A stretch of DNA of 64,000 nucleotides from Thermoanaerobaculia bacterium (GTDB lineage Bacteria; Acidobacteriota; Thermoanaerobaculia; Multivoradales; Multivoraceae). This document shows, piece by piece, positions 29,572 through 40,289 of this stretch. Numbering within the stretch: the stretch's first letter is position 1; each line of letters starts with the position of its first letter. The DNA is taken from assembly GCA_963666565.1 (NCBI GenBank), contig OY762911.1:3168001-3232000 (forward strand). Direction: 5' to 3'. The translations under genes were made by a program, and so were the position numbers. A model generated the notes under the pieces. It saw only the letters and a program-made list of their open reading frames with translations, searched no databases and had not been told where the DNA came from.

Positions 29572-30150
29572 TCACATGCGGTCGGTTACGCGGAAGTAGG
29601 CGCGCCGGTTGAGTTGCCAGCAGTCCTCGTTCGAGTCGTCGCACTGCGGCCGCTCTTCTCCGTAGCTGATCGTCTTCAGGCGGCCGCCCGAGATGCCCAG
29701 CGACGTGAGGTAGTCGCGGGCCGCGTTCGCCCGGCGGTCGCCAAGGGCGAGGTTGTAGTCGTTCGTGCCCCGCTCGTCGCAGTGGCCTTCGATCGTGATG
29801 ACGAAGTCCTCGCCGTCCCTGCTCTTGAGGAAGTCGGCATTCTTGCCGAGCTGGGAGCGGGTCGCGTCCGTCAGGGTCGCCTTGTCGAACTCGAAGTAGA
29901 CGTCGCCGAGAAGGCCCTTCTCGTGGACTTCCGCGTTCGCCTCGACGATGTCCTCGGACCAGGGCGAGACGTACTCCGGCTCGACCGGGGGCTCCGGCGG
30001 CGGCGGTACGGGTTCCGGCGGCGGCGGCTCGGCCGCGGGCGGCGGCGGCGGTGGCGGCGGGGGCGGCTCGGGTTCCGCCTTCTTGCAGGCGCCGATGGCC
30101 AGCGCGACGACAGCCGAGAGGATGAGTGCAGAGAACCTTCTGGCCAACAT
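29572..30150 (-). CDS. pal: Peptidoglycan-associated lipoprotein
   Basis: Lipobox IGAC, Pro-rich linker, VYFEFDK, IEGHCDERGT..YNLALGDRRA, TISYGEERP, NRRA. Confidence 0.96.
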   Translation of the reverse strand: MLARRFSALILSAVVALAIGACKKAEPEPPPPPPPPPPAAEPPPPEPVPPPPEPPVEPEYVSPWSEDIVEANAEVHEKGLLGDVYFEFDKATLTDATRSQLGKNADFLKSRDGEDFVITIEGHCDERGTNDYNLALGDRRANAARDYLTSLGISGGRLKTISYGEERPQCDDSNEDCWQLNRRAYFRVTDRM

Positions 30151-30266
30151 ACGGGGACTTCTCCTAAAGCCTGGAAACTGGATCGTTTCGATTGCAGGAC
30201 AGTACCAGAGCGTCGCTTCGGCGGCAACAGCGGGTTTTCACCGGCGGATCCCCCGCTCGACGCGCG

Positions 30267-31634
30267 TCAATCCAGATAGCCGGACCATGAGGGGGAGTAG
30301 TTGTTGCCGCGCGTGGTCACCTGGCGGGTGTACCGCCCGTCGCCGCTCATGATGAAGATCTGGCGCCCGCGGCCCCGCTGGCGCGACTCGAAGACGATCC
30401 ACTCGCCGTTGGGGGAGAACGTCGGGTACTCGTGGCTGCCGGGACCGGTCGTCAGCAGCCGGTCCTGGCCCGTCACGAGGTCGACGACGGCGATGTCGAA
30501 GCGGTCGCCGCGCTCGGTGCGGCGGGCGTAGACGAGCTTGCTGCCGTCGGGGTGCCACGAGGCGCCCTCGTTGTAGCGGCCCTCCATCGTCACGCGCTGG
30601 AGGTTGGCGCCGTCGAGGTCCATCACGTAGATCTGCGGCGTTCCCGAGCGGCTGGAAGTGAAGGCGATCCTGTCGCCGTCCGGCGAGCATTCGGGGTTCG
30701 TGTCGATGCGGCTCGAACGGGTGATCTGCCTGGGCGTGCGGCCGCTGCGGGTGGTGACGAAGATCTCCATGTTGCTGCGGATCGGCCGGGCGAACACGAC
30801 CGTGTCGCCGTCGGGGCACATGCTGGGGGAGTAGGCGGGCTCCTCCTCGAAGACGACCGGCGTCTTCCGGCCGGTCGCGAGATCGGCCCAGTAGACGCCG
30901 GGACGCCCCTGGAAGTACGAGAGGTACGTCAGGCCGCTGCCGTCGGCGGCCCAGACCGGCGACAGGCTGGTCGAGATGTGGCCCGTGATCCGCCGCTGGG
31001 CGTGACCGTCGTAGTCCATCAGGAAGATCTCCTTGCTCTCCTGGCCCTCCCGGTCCGAGACGAAGGCGATCGAGGTCATCGCGATGCCGCGGCGTCCGGT
31101 GAAGTAGAGGACCACCTCGTCGGAGAGGGCGTGGGCGATCCGCCGCGCCAGGTCGATGCCGCCGCTGAACCGCTTGCCGAGGATGAACTGGCCGCTCGCG
31201 AGGTCGTAGACCCGTCCCTCGAGGATCAGTTGCTCGCCGTCCAGCTTGAACTCCGCGAGGAGGGCGACCTCGTTGCCGTAGGCGCGGTACTGCTCCAGGT
31301 CCTTCGCCCGGTCGCCGCTCAGGGGCACGGCGGAGAGGATCTCGGGACCCTGGACGTCGAAGAGCTGGGTGAAGGTCAGGTCCTCGCGGAGGGTCTGCTC
31401 CAGTTCGTTCATCGCGTCGAGGAACTCCGGCCTGGCGCCGGGAGGCCGCTTCGCGCGCGGCACGGCGAGGTTCAGGCGCGCTCCCGCGTCGGGCTCCAGG
31501 ACGAGCTGGAGGTCCGGGGACGCCGCGGGCGCCGGTTCGGCGGCCTCCGGTCCCGTCTGGGCCGGCGCCGGGACCGCGGCGAGAACGCACGCGCCCGCCG
31601 CCAGGACCATCGTCGTCAGGGTCGGAACTCTCAT
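30267..31634 (-). CDS. tolB: Tol-Pal system beta-propeller protein TolB
   Basis: ARRIAH..SD, IAFVSDR, MDYDG, repeated SP.W/SPDG..I.F.S PD40 repeats. Confidence 0.93.
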   Translation of the reverse strand: MRVPTLTTMVLAAGACVLAAVPAPAQTGPEAAEPAPAASPDLQLVLEPDAGARLNLAVPRAKRPPGARPEFLDAMNELEQTLREDLTFTQLFDVQGPEILSAVPLSGDRAKDLEQYRAYGNEVALLAEFKLDGEQLILEGRVYDLASGQFILGKRFSGGIDLARRIAHALSDEVVLYFTGRRGIAMTSIAFVSDREGQESKEIFLMDYDGHAQRRITGHISTSLSPVWAADGSGLTYLSYFQGRPGVYWADLATGRKTPVVFEEEPAYSPSMCPDGDTVVFARPIRSNMEIFVTTRSGRTPRQITRSSRIDTNPECSPDGDRIAFTSSRSGTPQIYVMDLDGANLQRVTMEGRYNEGASWHPDGSKLVYARRTERGDRFDIAVVDLVTGQDRLLTTGPGSHEYPTFSPNGEWIVFESRQRGRGRQIFIMSGDGRYTRQVTTRGNNYSPSWSGYLD

Positions 31635-31650
31635 CCTCGGCTCCTCGTCG

Positions 31651-32430
31651 TCAGCGGATCGTCATCGTCACGCCCAGGCTGGGCTTCCGGAAGCTCCGCG
31701 GCAGCGGCGGCACCGGCGACGCCAGCTCGATCGCCCGCAGGCCCGCCCTGTCGAACCGGGCGACGCCGGACGAGCGGAGGAGTTCCAGGTCGCTGACGGC
31801 GCCGTCGGCCGCGATCCGGAAGAACACCACGGCTTCCACTCCCTCGATCGGGGGCCTGGTCCAGCGGGCCTTGATCGCGGCCACCAGCCGGGACGTGTAG
31901 TAGGCGTAGGTGAAGTCCTCGCTGTCGTAGCCGACGAGAGGAACTTCGGCGTCGTCGCTGCCGGCCAGGGCGTCGTCCACGGCGCGCGGAGGCTGGAACG
32001 GACGGTCGAGCCGGGGGCGCGGTTCGGGTTCCGGTTCGGGCTCTGGCGGGGGCGGCTCGGGCGCCGGTTCGGGTTCCGGCTCGGGCTCTTCCGCCGCGAG
32101 CGCCGGGATGTCCGGCGGCGGTTCCTCGGGCGGCGGCTCGGGTTCGGGCTCGGGGTCCGGCGCGGGTTCCTCCGCGGGCGGGGGAGGCGGGATCGGTTCC
32201 GGCCGGAGGGTGGGCAGGCGGACGATCTCAAGCGGCTGTCGTTCCAGACGGGTGCGCTCGGCGAACAGTACGGGGCCGAAGAAGATCCCGCCGATCAGCG
32301 CGGCGTGAAGGGCGGCGGACGCCGCCAGGCAGGGCCGGTGCACGCCCAGGCCGCGGCGCTCCCGGCTCGCGAGAGCCCGCTCGAGGGGCGGCGTCGAGTC
32401 GTCCTGGTTCCGCACGGCTTCGGGCCTCAA
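31651..32430 (-). CDS. TolA/TonB-family energy transducer
   Basis: TM helix with SAALH motif, EP-rich linker, C-terminal FRIAADG..RSSG...FDRAGLRAI...P.PPLP. Confidence 0.85.
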   Translation of the reverse strand: MRPEAVRNQDDSTPPLERALASRERRGLGVHRPCLAASAALHAALIGGIFFGPVLFAERTRLERQPLEIVRLPTLRPEPIPPPPPAEEPAPDPEPEPEPPPEEPPPDIPALAAEEPEPEPEPAPEPPPPEPEPEPEPRPRLDRPFQPPRAVDDALAGSDDAEVPLVGYDSEDFTYAYYTSRLVAAIKARWTRPPIEGVEAVVFFRIAADGAVSDLELLRSSGVARFDRAGLRAIELASPVPPLPRSFRKPSLGVTMTIR

Positions 32431-32846
32431 TCCTCCGGCTGCACGACGAGGGATACGCGATGGATGTCCGCACGTTCCAGAACGTCGAGCACGTCGATGA
32501 TTCTTCCGTACGGGACCTCCTCGTCGCCCTTGATGAACACGGCCTCGTAGTCGCGGAGCTCGAGCATCGGCAGCAGGCGTTCGACCAGCAGGGCGGTGGC
32601 GACCGGTTCGTCCCGGATGTAGACGAGATCGTTCCGGGCGATCGTGAGGATCAGCGGATCCTCGTCGCGGATGGCCAGGGACGCCGGCGATTCCATCTCC
32701 GGGAGCGTCACCTCCACGCCCTGGTGGAGCATCGGCGTCGCGATCATGAAGATGATCAGCAGGACGAGCATGACGTCCACCAGGGGCGTCACGTTGATGT
32801 CGGCGAGGACCGAGTCGTCGCTGTCCGTGTCCTGGAAGAACGCCAA
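32427..32846 (-). CDS. tolR: TolR/ExbD family protein
   Basis: DINVTPLVDVMLVLLIIFMIATP, IKGDEEVPYG. Confidence 0.92.
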   Translation of the reverse strand: MAFFQDTDSDDSVLADINVTPLVDVMLVLLIIFMIATPMLHQGVEVTLPEMESPASLAIRDEDPLILTIARNDLVYIRDEPVATALLVERLLPMLELRDYEAVFIKGDEEVPYGRIIDVLDVLERADIHRVSLVVQPED

Positions 32847-32874
32847 GGTCGTGTCGCTCCCTCCGGCGGCGGGT

Positions 32875-33597
32875 TCAGCCGAAGTTCCGTTCGGCCAGGT
32901 TCAGGAACTCGAGGGTGAAGTCGTCCATTTCGGCGCGCAACTGGCGCAGCCGGGTGGCCAGGTAGTTGTAGCCCACCAGGGCCGGGATGGCGGCGACCAG
33001 GCCGGCGGCCGTGTTCACCAGCGCCTCGGCGATGCCGGGCGCCACCGCCGTGATCGTGGCCGTGCCGGAGGTTCCGATGTCGTTGAAGGCGATCATGATG
33101 CCCCACACTGTGCCGAACAGCCCGATGAAGGGGGCGGCCGCCGCCGTCGTCGCCAGCCAGGAGGTGTTGCGGGCCAGGACGCGGAGCTCGACGTTGGCCG
33201 CCCGGCGGAGCGTCCGCTCGAGTCCCATGAGCGACTGGAGACGCAGGCCTTCGTCGTCGCCGCGAGGCTCGCGCAGGGCCTTGATCTGGGTGTCGATCTC
33301 CAGGTAGCCGGCCTGAAAGAGGCCGACCAGGGAGGATGCCCGGTGGTCCGGCGCCGCCTTGCCGATGTCGCTGAACCGGGCGGCCTTGCGGAAGACGGCG
33401 AGGAAGCCCTCGTTCTGCCGGGCGGTGCGCCGGAACAGCAGCAGGCGCTGCAGCAGCACGTACCAGGACGAGAGCGACATCAGGATGAGAATCCCGAGGA
33501 CGATCTTCGCCACCGGCCCCGAGCGGAGAAAGAAGTGGATGACCGCGGAGTCGCCGCTGGCCATCAGGGTGGCGACGGGCATGGCGAAGACAGGCAC
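32875..33597 (-). CDS. tolQ: TolQ/ExbB family proton channel protein
   Basis: LATTAAAAPFIGLFGTVWGIM, VAPGIAEALVNTAAGLVAAIPA..YN. Confidence 0.92.
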   Translation of the reverse strand: MPVFAMPVATLMASGDSAVIHFFLRSGPVAKIVLGILILMSLSSWYVLLQRLLLFRRTARQNEGFLAVFRKAARFSDIGKAAPDHRASSLVGLFQAGYLEIDTQIKALREPRGDDEGLRLQSLMGLERTLRRAANVELRVLARNTSWLATTAAAAPFIGLFGTVWGIMIAFNDIGTSGTATITAVAPGIAEALVNTAAGLVAAIPALVGYNYLATRLRQLRAEMDDFTLEFLNLAERNFG

Positions 33598-33804
33598 CGC
33601 CGGGGAAGTTACCAGAGAGATAGCCAGGCGTCTATAGCTTGGCGTTCCCGGCGGGGCCGGTCGGAGGCGTCCGCCGCGGCGCTATGCTCCCGCGCCTGAA
33701 GACGTCCGTGCTCGGCCTCGCGGATGCGGCGCAGGCGGACGATCGTGGTTCGGGCGGCACGCGCCGGAACCGGAACTCCTGGGGAAGTCGGTAGGGGAAG
33801 AGGG

Positions 33805-34620
33805 TTGAGGATCGGCGTCTGCATCAAACAGGTACCGGACTCGGACTCGCACCTGCGCATCGCGGACTCGGGAGAAGGGCTCGACGACAGCGGCCTGAAC
33901 TGGGTGATCTCGAGCTGCGACCTGTGCGCGCTGGAGGAGGCGCTGCTGCTGGCCGAAGCGGCGGAGTCGGCCGGCGGCGAACGGCCGGAGCTGGTCGCGT
34001 TCAGCCTGGGACCGGCGCGGGTAGAGGAGGCGCTGCGGAAGGCGCTGGCGCTGGGGGCGGACCGGGCCGTCCACCTGGCGGACGAGGCGTTTCTCGGCGG
34101 CGACGCGCTCACCGACGGACGCGCCCTGGGGGCGGCGCTGGCGCGGGAGCGTTGCGACCTCGTGCTGGCCGGCGCCCAGTCGGACGACCTGGGCCAGGCG
34201 GCGACGCCGGCGGTCGTCGCGGAGGTCCTGGGCTGCCCCTATGCCTGGCTGGTCATGGCGGTCGAACTGGAAGCCGGGGCCCGCTCGGCGCGGGTCGTCC
34301 GGGAACTGGAAGGCGGCATGAACGAGGCGCTCCGGCTGGAACTGCCGGCCGTGCTGGCGATTCAGGCGGGCATCAACAGGCCGCGTTTCGCTTCGCTGCG
34401 GGGCACGCTGCAGGCCCGCCGGAAGCCGCTCGACCGGGTGGAATGCGCGACGCTCGGCGTCGACGCGGACACGGTGGGCGCTTCGGGCGCGGGGACCCGA
34501 ACGGCGTCCGTCGCCTTTCCGCCAGCCGGCGCCGGCGGCGTCACGATCGAGGGCGCCGCGCCCGAGGCGGCGGCGCGGGAACTCGTCGCGCATCTCGAGC
34601 GCGAGGCGGTGTTGCCATGA
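33805..34620 (+). CDS. etfB: Electron transfer flavoprotein beta subunit
   Basis: TTG start after a purine-rich SD; VCIKQVPD, ALEEAL, ALALGADRA, AGAQSDD, INRPRF. Confidence 0.92.
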   Translation: MRIGVCIKQVPDSDSHLRIADSGEGLDDSGLNWVISSCDLCALEEALLLAEAAESAGGERPELVAFSLGPARVEEALRKALALGADRAVHLADEAFLGGDALTDGRALGAALARERCDLVLAGAQSDDLGQAATPAVVAEVLGCPYAWLVMAVELEAGARSARVVRELEGGMNEALRLELPAVLAIQAGINRPRFASLRGTLQARRKPLDRVECATLGVDADTVGASGAGTRTASVAFPPAGAGGVTIEGAAPEAAARELVAHLEREAVLP

Positions 34621-35591
34621 CCGGGCCTGGAGCCGGCGGCGAACCGTGCGGGGCCGGGCGTTCCGGCGTGCCGCCCGTCCTATGGCTCGTCGAGAGCGCG
34701 AGCGGCGGTCCGGGGACGCAGGAGGTGCGCGCCTGCGGGCGGGCGCTCGGCGGGGACGCCCGGGCGGCGCTGGTGGACGAGGAGCGGCTCGGGCCGTACT
34801 CGCCGGGGCTCTACGCAGAGGCGCTCAGGCGTTTGATCGTGGAGGAGGGCGGCGGTGGGGACGCAGGGACGCCTTGTGTGGTGCTCCTGCCGCATACCTA
34901 CCAGTCGGCCGAGTACGCGCCGCGGCTGGCGGCGCGGCTTGACGCGGCGTACGTCCCTTCGGTCGTCGCGGCGGCGGTCGACGAGGACGGCGGACTGCGC
35001 TTCCGGCGGCCCATCTTCCAGGCGAAGGTCCATGCCGAAGTCGTCCCGCGGCGGCCGTGCGTCGTGGCGACGGTGCAGATCGGCTCGTTCGACGGCGGCG
35101 AGGCGCCGGCGCCGGCCCGGGCGTTCGAGGTCGGTCGGCCGGCCGACAGCGAAGAGGGCCCGGAGCGGGAGATCCTGGGCCGCGAAGCGGCGGGCGCGGG
35201 CGGCGTCGACCTGGCGAGCGCGGAGCGGATCGTGACGGCCGGCCGCGGAGTCGGCGGCCCGGACGAGGTCTCCGTGGCGGCCGAGCTGGCGGCGGCGCTG
35301 GACGCCGAGCTCGGCGCCAGCCGGCCCGTCGTCGACAACGGCTGGCTGCCCCGCGCGCACCAGGTCGGCTCCAGCGGCCATGTCGTCGCCCCGAACCTCT
35401 ACGTGGCCCTGGGCGTGTCCGGCTCGATCCAGCATCTCATGGGCATGAGCGGCGCCCGCGTCGTCGTCGCCGTCAACAAGGACCCCGAGGCGCCCATCTT
35501 CAGCGTCGCGCACTACGGCGTCGTCGCGGACCTTCACGACGTGGCGCCGGCGCTGACGCGGCTGCTGGAGGCGCGACGCGGGTCGGCGTAG
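34617..35591 (+). CDS. etfA: Electron transfer flavoprotein alpha subunit
   Basis: ATGA overlap; DLASAERIVTAGRGV, GASRPVVDNGW, QVGSSG, LYVALGVSGSIQH, NKDPEAPIF. Confidence 0.92.
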   Translation: MTGPGAGGEPCGAGRSGVPPVLWLVESASGGPGTQEVRACGRALGGDARAALVDEERLGPYSPGLYAEALRRLIVEEGGGGDAGTPCVVLLPHTYQSAEYAPRLAARLDAAYVPSVVAAAVDEDGGLRFRRPIFQAKVHAEVVPRRPCVVATVQIGSFDGGEAPAPARAFEVGRPADSEEGPEREILGREAAGAGGVDLASAERIVTAGRGVGGPDEVSVAAELAAALDAELGASRPVVDNGWLPRAHQVGSSGHVVAPNLYVALGVSGSIQHLMGMSGARVVVAVNKDPEAPIFSVAHYGVVADLHDVAPALTRLLEARRGSA

Positions 35592-36414
35592 CGGCCGTCA
35601 GCCGCCGCAACTCGAACAGAGCAAGGGACGCTGCGACGGTCGCGTTCAGGGACTCCACGGCGGCAGTCATGGGGATGGAGAGCAGGAGGTCGGCGCGGGC
35701 CAGGAGGGAGGCGGAAAGTCCCCGGCTCTCGCCGCCGACGGCGAGGACGATGGTGTCGGTGGGGGAGAAATCGGACGGAAGGGTCTCGTTGGCGAAGAGC
35801 CGGAACGTGGGTGGCGAGTCCCGGTCGGGAAGCTCGGGCGTCAGGGCAAGGCAGCGGACGCCGGACGGCAGCAGGTCTGCGTTCACGTCGGTCCACAGGG
35901 GAAGGCGAAGAAGACTGCCGGCGGAGGCCCGGAGCGTGCGGGGGTGGCCGGGCCGGACGGTTCCAGGGGAGAGGAGCATTGAGGCAGCGCCGGCGGCTTC
36001 CGCCGACCGCGCCATGGCGCCGAGGTTGCCGGGGTCCTGGATGCCGTCGGCGTAGAGGTGAAGGCCGGGGCCGAGCACCGGGGGCGCGTTCGCGGCTGAC
36101 TTCCAGGCGTCGGGCGGGTCGGCGATGGCGGCGATGCCCTGGGGGGCGTCGGCGTCGGCCTGTTCGCGGAGCCGTTCGGGTTCGATCGAGGCGGCGCGCA
36201 GGCCGGACTGGCGTTCGATGCGGCGGACGAGTTCGGCGTGCTGGGCCTGGAAGTCTGGCGTCGCCAGGAGGTGACGGAGGGACAGGCCGGCCTCGGCCGC
36301 GGCCGCGGTCAGGTGCGGACCCTCGAGCAGCAGGAGGTCGGCGTTCCTGCGGCCGTGGGCGCCGCGCAGCCGGCGGATCGTTCTGACCTGGGGATTGGTT
36401 CGGCTGCGGATCAT
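35500..36414 (-). CDS. TrmH/SpoU family RNA methyltransferase
   Basis: IRSRTNP, LLEGPHL, PQGIAA, IQDPGNLGAMARSA, VGGESRGLS, IPM..VESLNA. Confidence 0.92.
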   Translation of the reverse strand: MIRSRTNPQVRTIRRLRGAHGRRNADLLLLEGPHLTAAAAEAGLSLRHLLATPDFQAQHAELVRRIERQSGLRAASIEPERLREQADADAPQGIAAIADPPDAWKSAANAPPVLGPGLHLYADGIQDPGNLGAMARSAEAAGAASMLLSPGTVRPGHPRTLRASAGSLLRLPLWTDVNADLLPSGVRCLALTPELPDRDSPPTFRLFANETLPSDFSPTDTIVLAVGGESRGLSASLLARADLLLSIPMTAAVESLNATVAASLALFELRRLTAATPTRVAPPAAASAPAPRREGPRRRRSARR

Positions 36415-36576
36415 GCCCGGACGATGTTACGGGCGGGCGGCGCCTTGCGGCGGGCGCGTCGGCTATCTGGATGGCGGGCCGGCCCGGCGCGTGTCGACGC
36501 CCGGTGCCGGAGGCGGCGTGGAGTCGACGCGGCTCGTGAGAACTCGAAGGGCGAATCTTGCTAAGGTTCGCGCCCG

Positions 36577-37758
36577 ATGCCGAGAGCCGAAGGCGGAACG
36601 CGCCGGTTGTTCACATCCGAGTCCGTGACCGAGGGACATCCCGACAAGGTCGCGGACCAGATCTCGGACGCCGTCCTGGACGCGGCGCTGAGCCTCGATC
36701 CGGCGGCCCGGGTAGCGTGCGAGACGCTGGTGAGTACGGATTTGGTGCTGCTCGCGGGCGAGATCACGGTTCGTTCCGGCGGCGCCGGGATCGACTTCGA
36801 GGCGGTGGCACGGAAGACCGTCCGGGACATCGGCTACACGGACGCCGGGGTTGGATTCTCCGCCGACGACTGCGAGGTGCAGGTCCGGCTCGATCCCCAG
36901 TCTCCGGACATCGCCCTCGGGGTCGACACCGGCGGCGCGGGCGACCAGGGGCTGATGTTCGGCTACGCGTGCCGCGAAACCGCGGAGCTCATGCCGCTGC
37001 CCATCGTGCTGGCGCATCGCCTGACGCGACGCCTCGCCGATGCGCGGCGCGAAGGCGAGGCCGAGTGGCTGCGGCCGGACGGCAAGTCTCAGGTCACGGT
37101 GGAGTACGACCGGAACGGGGCGCCGTCGCGCGTTCACACCATCGTCGTTTCGACGCAGCATGCGCCGGGCGTCGACCTTGATGAGATTCGCGCCTTCGTC
37201 CGGGAACGCGTGGTCCGGCCGACGATGCCTGGCGACCTGTACAGCGAGGAGGGTGCGCGGGAGACGAAACTCCTCGTCAATCCGACCGGCCGGTTCGAGG
37301 TCGGCGGACCTCAGGGAGACTGCGGGCTCACCGGCCGCAAGATCATCGTCGACACCTACGGCGGCGTCGGCCACCACGGCGGCGGCGCGTTCTCGGGCAA
37401 GGACCCGACGAAGGTGGACCGGTCCGCGAGCTACATGGCGCGCTACGTGGCGAAGAACCTGGTCGCCGCCGGCATGGCCGATCGCCTGGAACTCCAACTG
37501 GCGTACGCCATCGGCGTAGCCAGGCCGGTCTCGGTCCACGTCGACTCCTTCGGCACCGCGGGCGAGGGACTGACGGACCGGCTGCTCGAGGAGATCGTGG
37601 CGAGCGAGTTCGCGCTCGAGCCGCTGGCGATCATCGAGGAGCTGGAGCTGCGCGAGCCCCGCTACCTCCGGACGGCGGCCTACGGGCACTTCGGCCGGTC
37701 GGAGTTTCCCTGGGAGCGCGTCGACCGGACGGCCGCGCTGCAGCGCGCCGTCGCCTGA
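36577..37758 (+). CDS. metK: S-adenosylmethionine synthetase
   Basis: [62 protein letters not shown]. Confidence 0.98.
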   Translation: MPRAEGGTRRLFTSESVTEGHPDKVADQISDAVLDAALSLDPAARVACETLVSTDLVLLAGEITVRSGGAGIDFEAVARKTVRDIGYTDAGVGFSADDCEVQVRLDPQSPDIALGVDTGGAGDQGLMFGYACRETAELMPLPIVLAHRLTRRLADARREGEAEWLRPDGKSQVTVEYDRNGAPSRVHTIVVSTQHAPGVDLDEIRAFVRERVVRPTMPGDLYSEEGARETKLLVNPTGRFEVGGPQGDCGLTGRKIIVDTYGGVGHHGGGAFSGKDPTKVDRSASYMARYVAKNLVAAGMADRLELQLAYAIGVARPVSVHVDSFGTAGEGLTDRLLEEIVASEFALEPLAIIEELELREPRYLRTAAYGHFGRSEFPWERVDRTAALQRAVA

Positions 37759-37780
37759 CGCCCGCGCACCCAGCGTCAGG
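37754..37780. terminator. Short hairpin spanning the convergent metK / lptFG stop codons, loop carries a REP fragment
   Basis: CCTGACGC...GCGTCAGG stem enclosing CCCGCGCACCCAG; no U-tract. Confidence 0.35.
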
Positions 37781-40211
37781 TGCGGACGCCGAGGAAGAGG
37801 TAGAGCGCCAGCGTCGCGAACAGCGCGTTCGGGCTCCACGCGGCGACCAGGGGCGGCAGGGCCTCGGACTGGCCCAGGGTGGTGAAGACGCCGATCACGG
37901 CGTAGTAGACGATTCCCAGGACGATCGAGATGCCGATGCCGTAAAGCGCGCCCTGGCGGCCGAGGCGGAAGGCGAAGGGCAGGGCGACGAGCGCCATGAC
38001 CAGGCTGACGACGGGCATCGCGGTCTTGTTGTGGAGCTGCATCTCCAGGTCCGGCACGTCGCTTCCCGCCGCCACGAGGTCGTCTATGTGCCGGCGGAGT
38101 TCCACGCGGTTCATCTGCTCGGCGTACTTGACTTCCGTGCTGAAGAACTCCGGCAGTTCCGGCAGGTCCACCGGCTGCGGACCCGCGAACCGCCGGCTGC
38201 TGGCGATGGACAGGCCGTCGAACTCCCGAACCCAGGCGTCTAGCAGTTGCCACCGGCCCTCGGCCCCCGCGTCGCCGGGGACGTAGCGGGCCGCGGCCGC
38301 GTACAGGCGCCGGGTGAGCCGGTGTTCGGCGTCGAACCGGAACACCTGGAGGCGCTGCAGCGTGGCGCGGTCCGCGTCGTAGTGCCGGTAGTTGTAGATG
38401 TAGCCGCCGCCTTCCTCGTCCTGGGCGAAGCGCCACTGCCGGTCGGCCCGGTGGTAGCTCCTGACCGGGCCGCCGCCGCCCTTGATCCGGTCCCTCAGTT
38501 CGACGACCTTCGCGTTGGAAGCCGGCAGCACCGCGTTCTCCAGGGCCGCGCTCAGCACGGCCACGCCGACGGCCGCGAACAGGGCCGGCGCCGCCAGCCG
38601 GAACAGGCTGAAGCCGAGGGCCTTGGCCGCGACGATCTCGTTGCGCTGCGACAGGAGGCCGAAGGTCACCAGGGTCGTGACGAGAACGAGGACGGGCGCG
38701 TTGTCGTAGAAGACCTGGAGCGACAGGTAGGGGTAGTACTCGAGGAAGACGCTGGTGGGAACCGCGTTCCGGAACATCTCGTCGACAAGCTGGGTGAAGT
38801 CGGAGACGATGAAGACCGCCAGGGCGGCGACGACCGTGACCGCGAGCACGCGGACGAACACGCCGAAGATGTACCGGTCCAGCGCGCCGGGGAAACGGAA
38901 GCTCGGGGGCTCCACCCGGACCTTCACCCGCGTCCGGGCGGGGGAGGTGGAGGAGGACAGCGACTGGGGCTGTGCCCGCGCCAGCCGGTGCTCGAGTGCC
39001 CGCCGCCTGCGCCCGCGCACCTCCCACCGGCGCCCGAGCCGGAGGAGGCGCCGCCAGAAGTGATCCCGCATGAAGCGGTCGACGACGCCGATCATCAGGC
39101 TCTTGTCCCGGTTGCGGCGCCACAGCAGGAAGGTGCCGAGCAGGCTCAGGACGATGTTCGGCGCCCACATGGCCAGCCACGGCGGCATCCGGCCGCCTGC
39201 CGCCGCTTCCTCGCCGTTGCCGAGCATCACGTAGTAGAAGAGGAAGATGCCGACGGATACGAGGAAGCCGGACGAGCGGCCGCCGCGGCGGTTTCTGAAG
39301 CCGAGGGGAATGCCGTAGAGGCCGAAGACCAGGCAGGCGACGGGGATCGCGAACTTCTTGTGGATCTCGACGAGCGCCTTGTTGCGCTCGGACTCGGTCC
39401 TCTCCGGCTCGGCGGCCCGCTCGATCAGCTCCGGGAGCGTCATCGAGCGGGAGTCCTTCGCCAGCACCAGGCGTTCCTCGTGGCGGAAGAGGCTGTCCTC
39501 GAGCGCGATGTTCGCGTCCCGGAGCCGCTGCACCTGGTAGTTGCCGGGATCGTCGGTGTCCACCTCGTGAACGTCGGCGAGGCCGAACCGCAGGACCGCC
39601 TGTCCCGTGGCCCGGTTCAGGTCGATCCGGCCGGTCTCGCCCACGATGATTTGCTGCTCCGGGCCCGGCACGGCGTCGGCGAGGAAGACGCCGCGCCACT
39701 CGTCCCCGTTCTCCGGCGTCTCGAAGACGTACAGGACGCGATCCTGAAGCTGCTCGTAGAACACCTTCGGCTTGACCTGCTGGCTGACGCTCCGCGTGAG
39801 GATGGAGAGCCGCAGTTCGCTGATCGCCTTGTTTCCCGCCGGGAGCGTCACGGTCGTCAGGTAGCCGGTCAGGCCGGCCAGGACCAGGCTCTGAAACAGG
39901 ATCGGCCGGTAGACGGCCCAAAGGCTGATGCCCGAGGCCCTCATCGCCACCAGCTCGCTGTCCGCCGCCAGCCGGCCGGTCGCGATCAGGATGGCGAACA
40001 GGAAGGCCATCGGGATCGTCAGGACGACGATGTGGGGAACGCTGTACGCCAGGAGCCGGAGCACCAGGGCCGCCTCCACGTTGCGGCCGATGATCATCTC
40101 CGCGTACTGGAAGAGCTCCTGCATGAGCGCCAGGAACGTGAACACGAGGAGCCCGAGAACGAGCGGACCCGTCGTCTCGCGGAGGATGTAGCGGTCGAGG
40201 AGGCGGTACAT
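37776..40211 (-). CDS. Fused LptF-LptG LPS export ABC permease
   Basis: Two YjgP/YjgQ halves (LLDRYILRE..ELVAMRASGISL; LDRYIF..NEIVAAKALGFSL), each ending (A)W.PN. Confidence 0.93.
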   Translation of the reverse strand: MYRLLDRYILRETTGPLVLGLLVFTFLALMQELFQYAEMIIGRNVEAALVLRLLAYSVPHIVVLTIPMAFLFAILIATGRLAADSELVAMRASGISLWAVYRPILFQSLVLAGLTGYLTTVTLPAGNKAISELRLSILTRSVSQQVKPKVFYEQLQDRVLYVFETPENGDEWRGVFLADAVPGPEQQIIVGETGRIDLNRATGQAVLRFGLADVHEVDTDDPGNYQVQRLRDANIALEDSLFRHEERLVLAKDSRSMTLPELIERAAEPERTESERNKALVEIHKKFAIPVACLVFGLYGIPLGFRNRRGGRSSGFLVSVGIFLFYYVMLGNGEEAAAGGRMPPWLAMWAPNIVLSLLGTFLLWRRNRDKSLMIGVVDRFMRDHFWRRLLRLGRRWEVRGRRRRALEHRLARAQPQSLSSSTSPARTRVKVRVEPPSFRFPGALDRYIFGVFVRVLAVTVVAALAVFIVSDFTQLVDEMFRNAVPTSVFLEYYPYLSLQVFYDNAPVLVLVTTLVTFGLLSQRNEIVAAKALGFSLFRLAAPALFAAVGVAVLSAALENAVLPASNAKVVELRDRIKGGGGPVRSYHRADRQWRFAQDEEGGGYIYNYRHYDADRATLQRLQVFRFDAEHRLTRRLYAAAARYVPGDAGAEGRWQLLDAWVREFDGLSIASSRRFAGPQPVDLPELPEFFSTEVKYAEQMNRVELRRHIDDLVAAGSDVPDLEMQLHNKTAMPVVSLVMALVALPFAFRLGRQGALYGIGISIVLGIVYYAVIGVFTTLGQSEALPPLVAAWSPNALFATLALYLFLGVRT

Positions 40212-40289
40212 CGGCTTGACCGGCCGCCATTCTGACCCATCGCCGTAGCCGGTGCCCGATCGTGGGCTGAGTTTACATAATGGACATTA

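Noticed and set aside
29990-30075. (CCG)n-rich tracts in pal and the tolA-like gene as contingency repeats
   Set aside because: They encode ordinary Pro/Glu-Pro linkers expected in these proteins.
35500-35591. 92-nt convergent overlap of etfA and the TrmH gene as an antisense control
   Set aside because: The TrmH tail beyond ALFELRR is low-complexity and best explained by a lost stop codon in GC-rich DNA.
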